64,000 nt of DNA, from the NCBI GenBank assembly GCA_017656145.1, contig JACDOI010000008.1, positions 7,389 to 71,388 of the forward strand. The letters run 5' to 3'. The stretch is from Bacillota bacterium. Lineage in GTDB: Bacteria; Bacillota; Limnochordia; Limnochordales; ZCTH02-B6. How positions within the stretch are numbered: position 1 is the first letter of the stretch; each line of letters starts with the position of its first letter. The notes below the pieces were generated by a model. The model was not told the origin of the DNA. It did no database searches and saw only the letters and a program-made list of their open reading frames with translations. Positions 25,456 through 33,440 of the stretch are shown piece by piece. The position numbers and the translations under genes were made by a program.

Positions 25456-26457
25456 GTGACCTTGGCGGAGATCACGTATCGAGAGGCGTTGCGGCAAGCA
25501 CTGCGGGAAGAAATGCTCCGGGATGAGCGGGTCTTCCTGCTGGGAGAAGATATCGGCGCGTACGGCGGTTCGTATGCCGTGACCAAGGGTTTCCTAGAGG
25601 AGTTCGGGGAAAAGCGGGTCAAGGACACTCCCATCTCGGAGACGGCCATCGTCGGCGCGGCTACGGGCGCGGCCATGGCGGGATTGCGCCCGGTGGCCGA
25701 AATCATGACCATCAACTTCATGCTCGTCGCGATCGACCAAGTCATCAACCACGCGGCCAAGGTGCATTACATGTTCGGCGGCCAGTTCCGCTGCCCGATG
25801 GTGGTGCGTACCGTCGGCGGCGGACGCCGGCTGGCCGCGACCCACTCGCAAAACCTCGAAGTTCTGATGGCCCACATCCCGGGGCTCAAGGTGGTGGCGC
25901 CGGCCACCCCGTACGACGCGAAGGGTATGCTGAAAGCGGCCATCCGGGACGACGACCCGGTCATTTTCATCGAGCACAGCCTGCTCTACGGAACCCGGGG
26001 GCCCGTGCCGGATGAGGATTACGTCGTGCCCATCGGCGTATCCGACGTCAAGCGGCGGGGACGGGACGTAACCATCGTGGCCTACTCCCGCATGACCCGG
26101 GAGGCGCTGGCGGCCGCGGACGAGCTGGCCCGGCAAGGCATCGAGGCGGAAGTGGTCGACTTGCGCACGTTGCGGCCGCTGGATATGGGCCCGGTGCTGG
26201 ATTCGGTGGCCCGCACCAACCGGGTGGTGGTAGCCGGCGAGGACTGGCGGAGCTTCGGCATCGGCGCGGAGGTCGCGGCCCGGATTCAAGAGGAGGCGTT
26301 CGACGACCTGGACGCGCCGGTGTTTCGGGTCAACCAGCTCGAAGTGCCGGCTCCATACGCCGCCAACATGGAGCGGCTGGCCTTCCCAGGCAGCCGGCAG
26401 ATCGTCGAGGCGTGCTTGCAACTCCTAAACGCCCCCGCCGCGGCCTTCGCGGGATGA
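25456..26457 (+). CDS. pdhB: Pyruvate/2-oxoacid dehydrogenase E1 beta subunit
   Basis: Contains VFLLGEDIGAYGGSY, VKDTPISETAIVGAATG and PVIFIEHSLLY. I prefer the GTG at 25456, after AGGAAGGA; the track starts at 25441. Confidence 0.85.
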   Translation: MTLAEITYREALRQALREEMLRDERVFLLGEDIGAYGGSYAVTKGFLEEFGEKRVKDTPISETAIVGAATGAAMAGLRPVAEIMTINFMLVAIDQVINHAAKVHYMFGGQFRCPMVVRTVGGGRRLAATHSQNLEVLMAHIPGLKVVAPATPYDAKGMLKAAIRDDDPVIFIEHSLLYGTRGPVPDEDYVVPIGVSDVKRRGRDVTIVAYSRMTREALAAADELARQGIEAEVVDLRTLRPLDMGPVLDSVARTNRVVVAGEDWRSFGIGAEVAARIQEEAFDDLDAPVFRVNQLEVPAPYAANMERLAFPGSRQIVEACLQLLNAPAAAFAG

Positions 26458-26484
26458 CCTGTCCCTGACCAGGGAGGGAATGGA

Positions 26485-27807
26485 ATGGCCAAGCTCACCA
26501 TGCCCCAGATGGGGTTCGACATGCAGGAAGGAACGTTGGTCCGTTGGCTTAAGCGGGCCGGTGATCCGGTCAAGCGGGGCGAAGCGGTGGCCGAGATCGA
26601 GACGGATAAGGCCGTCGTCGAGATCGAATCGTTCCACGATGGTGTCGTGAAGGAGTTGTTGGTCGCCGAAGGGACCACGGTGCCGGTCGGGCAGCCCATT
26701 GCCGTCATTGACGCGGGCGACGAGGAAACATCGGCAGAAACGGCTCCCGCAGAAGCAGCTCCCTCAGAAACCGCTCCGGCGGGCGAGGCGGCCCCCGCGC
26801 CGGGAGCGCCTGGCGGAACGCAAACTGCCACCGGAACAACGCCTGAAGCCGCGCCGGTGGCGTCTGTTGCCTCACCGGCCGCACCGCCGGCCGCCGCGAC
26901 ACCGGCTGCCGTTGCGTCCCCCGAGGTTCCGGCTGTTTCCAGGCGGATCAAGGCTTCTCCCCTCGCCCGCCGGCTTGCGGCCGAGCACGGAGTCAACCTG
27001 GCCGCGCTCTCTGGCAGCGGACCCGGCGGCCGGATCGTCAAGCGGGACGTCATGGCGGCTGTGGAGGCAAAGGCGGCCGCACCGGCGGCTGCGCCCGCGA
27101 CTGTTGCGCCTTCGAAAGGCGCTCCGCCAGATCGGGTCGTTTCCGTGTCCCGCATGCGGCAGACGATCGCCCGCCGTCTGTCGGAAAGCAAGCAGCAAGC
27201 GCCGCACTTTTACGTCACCGCGGCCATCGCGATGGACGAGGCCTTGGCCCTCCGGGCGCAGCTCAAGGCACTGGGCCCCGAAGGGGCGGTGTCGGTCAAC
27301 GATCTCGTGCTCAAGGCGACGGCCATTGCCCTCACCCGCCATCCCCACCTGAATGCGTCCTGGGAGGATGGCCACATCCGCCTTCACGGCGCGATCCACC
27401 TGGCGGTGGCCGTGGCATTGGACGACGGTCTCATTACACCGGTCATCCGGGATTGCCAGGCCAAATCGCTGGTCCAGATCGCCCGGGAAGCCAAGGAGCT
27501 GGCCGAAGCAGCCCGGGCTGGGCGGCTGAAACCCGAACAGTACCAGGGGGGCACGTTCACCGTCAGCAACCTGGGCATGTTCGGCGTCGAGGAGTTCTCG
27601 GCCATCATCAATCCTCCCCAGGCGGCCATTTTGGCCGTCGGCGCGGTAACGGAGCAGCCCGTCGTGCGCAACGGCCAGGTGACGGTGGCCCGCATGATGC
27701 GGGTTACGGTCTCGGCCGATCATCGGGTCACCGACGGCGCTCAGGTGGCCCGGTTCCTCCAGGACCTCAAGGCCGTGTTGGAAAGCCCCCTGCGGTTGCT
27801 GGTGTAG
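26485..27807 (+). CDS. pdhC: Dihydrolipoamide acetyltransferase E2
   Basis: It has a lipoyl domain (AEIETDKAVVEIES), Ala/Pro-rich linkers, a subunit-binding domain (ASPLARRLAAEHGVNLAALSGSGPGGRIVKRDV) and a catalytic domain (VTVSADHRVTDGA). Confidence 0.88.
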   Translation: MAKLTMPQMGFDMQEGTLVRWLKRAGDPVKRGEAVAEIETDKAVVEIESFHDGVVKELLVAEGTTVPVGQPIAVIDAGDEETSAETAPAEAAPSETAPAGEAAPAPGAPGGTQTATGTTPEAAPVASVASPAAPPAAATPAAVASPEVPAVSRRIKASPLARRLAAEHGVNLAALSGSGPGGRIVKRDVMAAVEAKAAAPAAAPATVAPSKGAPPDRVVSVSRMRQTIARRLSESKQQAPHFYVTAAIAMDEALALRAQLKALGPEGAVSVNDLVLKATAIALTRHPHLNASWEDGHIRLHGAIHLAVAVALDDGLITPVIRDCQAKSLVQIAREAKELAEAARAGRLKPEQYQGGTFTVSNLGMFGVEEFSAIINPPQAAILAVGAVTEQPVVRNGQVTVARMMRVTVSADHRVTDGAQVARFLQDLKAVLESPLRLLV

Positions 27808-27860
27808 CCGGCGGGCCAGCCGAAAGATTGGCAAAAGGGGTAAAGTGAGGAGGAACGCCC

Positions 27861-29264
27861 GTGAGCAACGAGCAGGCGCCGCGCCACGACGTAGTCGTCA
27901 TCGGCGGCGGCCCGGGCGGGTATGTGGCCGCGATCCGGGCACGCCAGCTGGGTTTGAACGTCGGGCTCGTGGAGAAGTCGGAACTCGGAGGCACGTGCCT
28001 CAACTGGGGCTGCATTCCCACCAAAGCGCTGCTCTACAGCGCCGGCCTGCTGGATCAGATTCGCCAGGCGGGCCAGTACGGCATCCGCGTGGAAGGGGTG
28101 CAGCCCGATTACCCTGCCGCCCACCGTCACAGCCGCCGGGCCGCGGAACGGCTGAGCAAAGGCGTCGAGTACCTGATGCGAACCAATCAGATCGCCGTAT
28201 ACCGGGGAAGCGCCTACATCCCAAGCCCCGGCCGGGTGCAGGTCGACGGCGCCTCGGCCATCGCTGCCCGCCACATCGTAGTAGCCACCGGTGCGCGGCC
28301 CCGGGGCTTGCCCGGCCTTGAACCCGACGGCCACCGGGTGCTCACCAGCCGGGACGCTTTGGCGATGACGGAACTTCCCAAGTCCATCGTCATCGTCGGG
28401 GGCGGCGCCATCGGCGTCGAATTCGCCTCCATCTTCCGCTCGTTCGGCGTCGAGGTCACCCTCGTCGAATTCATGCCGCGGATCTTGCCCGCGGAGGAGC
28501 CGGAGATCAGCCAAGAACTGGCCAAGAGCTTCCAAAAGCGGGGCATCAAGGTCATCACCGGTGCTACGGTGTCCGCGGTCGACGAGGAACAAGACGGCCT
28601 CGCGGTTACCGTGACACCGGCCGAGGGGCAAGGTGAAGCGCGCGTCGTGCGGGCCGACCGGGTTCTGGTGGCCGTCGGGGTCACCGGCAATACCGAAAAC
28701 CTGGGCCTGGAAGCCCTCGGGGTTCGGGTGGACAAGGGATTCATCGCCGTCAACGAGCGGATGGAAACCGGCGTTCCAGGAATTTTTGCCATCGGCGACG
28801 TCACCGGACCGCCGCTTTTGGCCCACGTCGCCTCGGAGCAAGGCGTCATGGGGGCCGATATCAGCGCGGGGCGCGGGGCCCGCGCTTTTGATCCGGGAAA
28901 CAGGCCCCGGGCGAGTTACTGCCCCCCGCTGGGGGCTTCCGTGGGCCTCACGGAGGCCCAGGCCCGGGAGGCGGGCTACGACGTCAAGATCGGCGTCTTT
29001 CCTTTCCGGGGCAACGGTATGGCGGTCGCTACCGGTCGTGCCGAAGGGTTCGTCAAGATCGTCGCGGAAAGCCGCTACGACGAAATCCTGGGCGTGCATT
29101 GCATCGGGCCTGAGGCGTCGGAGCTCATCGCCGAGATCGGATTGGGCCAAACCATCGAGGCGACCCTCCACGACGTGGCAGCCACCGTCCACGCCCACCC
29201 CACCTTGTCGGAAGCAGTCAAGGAAGCGGCGCTGGCTGCACTAGGCGAGGCCGTCCATATCTGA
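27861..29264 (+). CDS. lpd: Dihydrolipoyl dehydrogenase E3
   Basis: 467 aa with an FAD motif (VVVIGGGPGGYVAA), the redox disulfide GGTCLNWGCIPTK, an NAD motif (IVGGGAIGVEFA) and the C-terminal HAHPTLSE. Confidence 0.9.
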   Translation: MSNEQAPRHDVVVIGGGPGGYVAAIRARQLGLNVGLVEKSELGGTCLNWGCIPTKALLYSAGLLDQIRQAGQYGIRVEGVQPDYPAAHRHSRRAAERLSKGVEYLMRTNQIAVYRGSAYIPSPGRVQVDGASAIAARHIVVATGARPRGLPGLEPDGHRVLTSRDALAMTELPKSIVIVGGGAIGVEFASIFRSFGVEVTLVEFMPRILPAEEPEISQELAKSFQKRGIKVITGATVSAVDEEQDGLAVTVTPAEGQGEARVVRADRVLVAVGVTGNTENLGLEALGVRVDKGFIAVNERMETGVPGIFAIGDVTGPPLLAHVASEQGVMGADISAGRGARAFDPGNRPRASYCPPLGASVGLTEAQAREAGYDVKIGVFPFRGNGMAVATGRAEGFVKIVAESRYDEILGVHCIGPEASELIAEIGLGQTIEATLHDVAATVHAHPTLSEAVKEAALAALGEAVHI

Positions 29265-29322
29265 AGGCAAAAAGTCGATGCGCTGGCTTCCTGCGCTCCA
29301 GGAGCCAGCAGGCGGAAGAATG

Positions 29323-29372
29323 CCGGTTCCTCCTGTGGGGCATGATACGGACGGCCTCAAAGGAGGAACCGG
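29323..29372 (+). promoter_or_regulatory. 11-bp perfect hairpin that sequesters the Shine-Dalgarno of the following small ORF
   Basis: CCGGTTCCTCC (29323-29333) pairs with GGAGGAACCGG (29362-29372) across a 28-nt loop. The 3' arm contains the GGAGG located 7-8 nt before the ATG at 29375. Confidence 0.55.
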
Positions 29373-29374
29373 TC

Positions 29375-29563
29375 ATGTTCATTGCCAATCAGAGAACCCG
29401 GATCATCCACGATGCCGAATCCCAAACCGAACATTGCGGCTTGCACAGCCTATCCAGCGACGATCAAGTTCCGGTGCCCGATGAAGAAACGGCCAAACTC
29501 ATGATCGAGCTGGAGAACTTCGCCCCTTGCCCGGAATGCATGCGGCACTTGAGCTGGCAGTGA
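29375..29563 (+). CDS. Small hypothetical protein (62 aa) with an H/C...CxxC pattern; possible metal-binding mini-protein
   Basis: MFIANQRTRIIHDAESQTEHCGLHSLSSDDQVPVPDEETAKLMIELENFAPCPECMRHLSWQ. It has a strong SD (AAAGGAGGAA). The pattern resembles small Zn-ribbon-like 'H..C...PC..C' proteins. Confidence 0.5.
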   Translation: MFIANQRTRIIHDAESQTEHCGLHSLSSDDQVPVPDEETAKLMIELENFAPCPECMRHLSWQ

Positions 29564-29567
29564 ACCA

Positions 29568-29948
29568 TCAGTACCGGGCCGTGACCCAGGACCGGCCGGC
29601 AAGCCCGAACGCCAGCGCCGCGAGCAAGGCATGCCATAGCATGCCGGGCCGGCCCGCCCCAACAAGACGGGCATGCCACAAGACCCGGCCGGCCGCCAGC
29701 ATCCCGTTCAAGATGCCGTACATCAGGTGCCCCGGATTTGTGGAATGGCCGCTCACCAGCAATGCGATGCCGAGGAGAAACTGGACCCCGACCAACAATT
29801 GAAGGGCCAAAAGCACCCGGGCAAACGTTACCGACGGCGGCTGGCGGAACGCATACAGCCCCAGGGCCCACAGCCCAAACAGGCCGTTGCCGGCCATGAG
29901 CCACACCGTGATCAAGTCCTTGATCTGCAACAGCGTTGCCGTCGACAC
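29568..29948 (-). CDS. Hypothetical 4-TM membrane protein; last gene of the ba3 oxidase operon
   Basis: Starting from the GTG at 29948 (GGGGGAGGG 6-7 nt upstream) it reads VSTATLLQIKDLITVWLMAGNGLFGLWALGLYAF..., with four hydrophobic segments. It follows cbaA by about 140 nt on the same strand. The track ORF adds 40 non-hydrophobic codons. Confidence 0.5.
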   Translation of the reverse strand: MSTATLLQIKDLITVWLMAGNGLFGLWALGLYAFRQPPSVTFARVLLALQLLVGVQFLLGIALLVSGHSTNPGHLMYGILNGMLAAGRVLWHARLVGAGRPGMLWHALLAALAFGLAGRSWVTARY

Positions 29949-30090
29949 ACCAGTCCCTCCCCCGTCTCGGCGGACGCCCGCTTTCCCGGTTCCGACGCGG
30001 TGTCGGTGAGGAGTTTTTTGTTCTCCTTGGGGGAGCAGAAATCCTAGGGCATCAGGCATGCGGGCCAAAGGCGCTGCTCAGGCGGGCCGT

Positions 30091-31785
30091 TCACCACAGT
30101 TGGAAACCGGGCATCTCCGCGTATCGGGTCGCGATGCGAACAAGGGGCCATCCCCACGCAATAGCCGCGAGAGCCGCTCCCAACACAAACCACGGCGTGA
30201 TCCGATCAAGCCAACGCGGCGTCGGCGGCGGATCGTGCAAAGGCCCGGCCTCCGGAACCGATTGAGGGGCCTCGGCCGGGTTGGGCTTGCCCAAAGCGGT
30301 CCGCGCCATGATCATGAAGAACAGGGCGCCGGCAAAAAAGAGGATGACGCCGCCTGATGCGGTCATGATGCCTGCCCAGTTCCACTCCGCAAAGGCACCG
30401 TAGTACGGCGCGAAGCTCATATACGTGCGCCGGGGTGCGCTGGCCAGTCCCATCCAGTGCATGCCCCGGGCCATGATGGCCGAACCGAAAAACCAGCTCC
30501 ACACTTGCACCACCGCCCATCGCCGACCCCATAGGGGCCGGCCCCGCAACAGCGGCACGAGCCAGTAGCTGACGGCCATGAACGTCAACGTCACCGCCGC
30601 TGCCACCTGCGTGTGCAAGTGCCCAACGACCCACATCGTGTTGTGGACGACAAGGTTCATGTTCAGCGACGAATTGATAAGCCCGGTGATGCCGCCGGTT
30701 GCGAAAATCAGCATGGCCAAAAGCTGTCCCGCGACGGATGGGTCGGACAGCCACGGCAGGGCCAAAAGCCACCCCACATACCCGCGGCCGCCCCGGCGGC
30801 GGGCCCCCTCTTCCACCGACGCTACGACCGTGAAAGCCGTCACCAGGCTTGGAAAGATGACGGCGTACGTCATGACGCCGTGCACGACTTTGCTCGAATG
30901 CTCCACCCCCGGGTCGGTGTACATGTGGTGCAAGCCGGTGGGCACTGCCAAGACGACGAACAGGAGAAAGACGAGCCGGGCGAGAGACTCGCTGAACAGC
31001 CGTCCTCCGATCTGGGCGGGCAGCATGGTGTACCACGAAAGATAGGCCGGCAGCAACCAGAAGTAGACCAGCGGGTGCCCCGTGAACCAGAACAGCGCCC
31101 GGGTGAGCAAGTGGTTCACCGTCTCCCGCTCCCCAAGGGACCACGGCAGCAAATAGACGAGCAACGCCGTGGCCAGCCCCAGCGACGCGAGAAACCACAT
31201 GGCCCATGTGGCCAAGGCCGCTAGCGCCATCAGCGGCGTGCGCTCCCCGGGATGGTCCTGCTTCCACGTGCGCCACGTCTGCCATGCGTTGAGCGCGGCC
31301 ATCCATGTGGCCAGGGCTACCAGGACGAGTCCCGCATAAAACCCGGGATGAGCCTTAAGCGGCGCATAAAAGGTGAACAGCACTGTGGCCTGATTGCGGA
31401 AAATGGGAACGACCATGGCCAGCACGCCGGCCACCGCTACTGTAAGCGTCGCCCACGCCAAACCCCGGTCCGCCAGCGGCCGCTTGAGCCCGTGAACGAT
31501 GGCTAAAGACAAAAATCCGATGATGAACGTGCCGGTAAACAACAAGGCCAGCGCGACGCCGTGAAAGGTCAGACCGGTATAGTACAGGCTCAAGAATCCG
31601 GGCAAGTACGGGTACAAGTCGACCTGGGCCTTGTCGAGCGCCTGCAGCGTTCCGTACACGCCGCCCACGGCCAGCAGGATAAAGCTGATATAGATGAACG
31701 CCTGTATGTGCCCGCGGTCTTGGGCGTACAGTTCCGCTCCCGGCCCTCCAGCCGGTTCAGCGGGCTCCGGTTGCAGCCGTCTCAA
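30091..31785 (-). CDS. cbaA: Cytochrome c oxidase subunit I, B-family (ba3-type)
   Basis: It aligns by eye along its whole length with Thermus thermophilus ba3 subunit I as I recall it (FWFTGHPLVYFWLLPAYLSWYTMLP..., GLHHMYTDPG, VVHNTMWVVGHLHTQV, C-terminal PGFQLW versus PGWRLW). TTG start. Confidence 0.9.
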   Translation of the reverse strand: MRRLQPEPAEPAGGPGAELYAQDRGHIQAFIYISFILLAVGGVYGTLQALDKAQVDLYPYLPGFLSLYYTGLTFHGVALALLFTGTFIIGFLSLAIVHGLKRPLADRGLAWATLTVAVAGVLAMVVPIFRNQATVLFTFYAPLKAHPGFYAGLVLVALATWMAALNAWQTWRTWKQDHPGERTPLMALAALATWAMWFLASLGLATALLVYLLPWSLGERETVNHLLTRALFWFTGHPLVYFWLLPAYLSWYTMLPAQIGGRLFSESLARLVFLLFVVLAVPTGLHHMYTDPGVEHSSKVVHGVMTYAVIFPSLVTAFTVVASVEEGARRRGGRGYVGWLLALPWLSDPSVAGQLLAMLIFATGGITGLINSSLNMNLVVHNTMWVVGHLHTQVAAAVTLTFMAVSYWLVPLLRGRPLWGRRWAVVQVWSWFFGSAIMARGMHWMGLASAPRRTYMSFAPYYGAFAEWNWAGIMTASGGVILFFAGALFFMIMARTALGKPNPAEAPQSVPEAGPLHDPPPTPRWLDRITPWFVLGAALAAIAWGWPLVRIATRYAEMPGFQLW

Positions 31786-32254
31786 CGACGATCCTCCCCT
31801 GCATCGTATGATGGCCGACCCCGCAATACTCGTGACAGAACAGATAGTGCTCGCCCGGCTCCGCGAACCGGAAACGGAACTCGGACACCTGGCCCGGGAT
31901 GAGCATCTGATTGATGGTGGTGTACGGCACCCGGAAGCCGTGGATGACGTCCAGACTCGTCACCTGGAACGTGACATCAGAACCGGCGGGCACCCGGACC
32001 TCCGCGGGCTGGAACGACCACGCCCGGGCGACCATCACCACCCGGTAACGGCCCGGGCCTTCCTGATAGACTCCGGGCTCGTCGAACGGCGGCGTTTGGG
32101 CCGCGGTGGCCGGGTCCACCTGGCCCGCATCGTCCACCAGGCGGATGTCCAAGGCATAAACGCTGTAGACGAGCGCAAGAAAGAGCGACAGCAACACCGC
32201 CGCGCTCAACATGATCCAGAGGCGTTCGTAGCGGTCAATGTCCACCCAGGCCAC
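31757..32254 (-). CDS. cbaB: Cytochrome c oxidase subunit II, ba3-type, with a CuA centre
   Basis: 165 aa with one N-terminal TM segment, VIHGF, and the CuA motif CHEYCGVGHHTM. It resembles T. thermophilus ba3 subunit II in length and layout. Confidence 0.88.
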   Translation of the reverse strand: MAWVDIDRYERLWIMLSAAVLLSLFLALVYSVYALDIRLVDDAGQVDPATAAQTPPFDEPGVYQEGPGRYRVVMVARAWSFQPAEVRVPAGSDVTFQVTSLDVIHGFRVPYTTINQMLIPGQVSEFRFRFAEPGEHYLFCHEYCGVGHHTMQGRIVVETAATGAR

Positions 32255-32429
32255 CGCCGTAGCGGAGCGTGTGGTAGTACATGTACGACCACAGGATCAC
32301 CGTTCCCAGCGCGTAGACGAGCACGATGACCATGGTGCCAAGCGGCGTCCGGACGTCCCGGCGGCCCGCCGGCGCCCTGTCTTGCTCCCCGCGCGCCGGT
32401 CCCTCGATCCCTCCGTTCTCCCCTGCCAT
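32235..32429 (-). CDS. Possible ba3 oxidase subunit IIa (CoxIIa-like single-TM peptide) with an N-terminal extension
   Basis: The C-terminal segment TPLGTMVIVLVYALGTVILWSYMYYHTLRYGG resembles the 34-aa T. thermophilus subunit IIa (KPKGALAVILVLTLTILVFWLGVYAVFFARG). It lies directly upstream of cbaB and overlaps it. The start is uncertain: the ATG at 32429 is 9 nt after AGGAGGG, whereas the track starts at 32459. Confidence 0.5.
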   Translation of the reverse strand: MAGENGGIEGPARGEQDRAPAGRRDVRTPLGTMVIVLVYALGTVILWSYMYYHTLRYGGGLGGH

Positions 32430-32619
32430 CGTCCCCATCCCTCCTGCCGCGGGGTTCATGTCTTGCCCGGCCCGCTCGCCACGTACGGTGCACGAACGAA
32501 GTCCGGTTTATGCGCCGTCCGCCTGTTTCGCCCATCCTCCGCATATCCAGCCGGCCTTTTGGCAACGTTAGCGCCGGACCACCCCAACGCAAAACCCGCG
32601 GGGATCCGGAGGGATCGAT

Positions 32620-33282
32620 ATGGCCGGCGATCGCGACGAAGCTGACCGCGGCGAAAACGGGCACCCGCCGTCCCGGCCCTTGTTGCCCCCGGCGGTGTGG
32701 GCCGTCATCTCCGGGGCACTCGTGCTGATTGCGGCCTGGCTCGTATTCTTTTGGCCCGGCACGGCGCCGGAGAGGGATTTCGCCGGCGACGTTCCGGGAA
32801 TCGACGACGACTTGCTCAACGGCCCCGAGCAGCGGGTGGACACCGCGGCGCAACTTGCCCGCCTCCGGCAAACTGTTCCGCCCGACCGGCTGGCCGCCCC
32901 TAACCCCCTTGCGCCCACGCCCGCTGTGCTCGAGCGGGCCCGAACGCTGTACGGCACCCACTGTGCAACTTGCCACGGAGCCCAAGGCGACGCCAACGTC
33001 CCGGTAGCCCAGTCCCTCAACCCGCCGCCCGTCAACTTTACCCATCCCGCGTTTGCCGACATGGAACCCGGCGCCGTCTTCTACATCATCAGCAACGGAT
33101 CGCCCGGCACCGGCATGGCCGCGTTCGGCCAAAGCCTTTCCGAGGAAGACATCTGGTCGCTGGTGCACTTTTTGCGGGAGAACTTCGCGGCCCGGGGACG
33201 GGATGACACCCGTGCCGGCGAAGGCTCCGGCGGCACAAGCGACCAACCGCGCGGGCAAAACGAGTCTGATCAAGCGCATTGA
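32620..33282 (+). CDS. Membrane-anchored class I c-type cytochrome
   Basis: 220 aa with an N-terminal TM segment (AVWAVISGALVLIAAWLVFFW), the heme motif CATCHG and a distal Met region (GSPGTGMAAFG). It is divergent from the ba3 operon. Confidence 0.8.
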   Translation: MAGDRDEADRGENGHPPSRPLLPPAVWAVISGALVLIAAWLVFFWPGTAPERDFAGDVPGIDDDLLNGPEQRVDTAAQLARLRQTVPPDRLAAPNPLAPTPAVLERARTLYGTHCATCHGAQGDANVPVAQSLNPPPVNFTHPAFADMEPGAVFYIISNGSPGTGMAAFGQSLSEEDIWSLVHFLRENFAARGRDDTRAGEGSGGTSDQPRGQNESDQAH

Positions 33283-33440
33283 CGGCTTGTACCGGCCGCA
33301 GGCGGGGAGACATCCGGGATTTTCTGCTTCCACCGGACCGGCGAGCGGGCCCGCCGCCCGCGGAAGGATGCCTGCAGCCTGCGTGGAACAATGTTACACA
33401 ACGTTTGTTGGGCGGCGTATGCTGAAGGGGGGGATATGCC

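Noticed and set aside
29278-29484. A 68-aa plus-strand ORF overlapping the RBS hairpin and the small Cys-protein ORF
   Set aside because: It is in a different frame from the SD-preceded ATG at 29375. Its translation is Pro/Arg/Gly-rich and it has no SD.
33283-33440. Cobalamin riboswitch or TetR-type operator upstream of the B12-dependent mutase (AACAATGTTACACAACGTTTGTT)
   Set aside because: No B12-box-like sequence is present. The apparent inverted repeat has only 5-bp outer arms (AACAA/TTGTT) with mismatched interiors, which is too weak to call.
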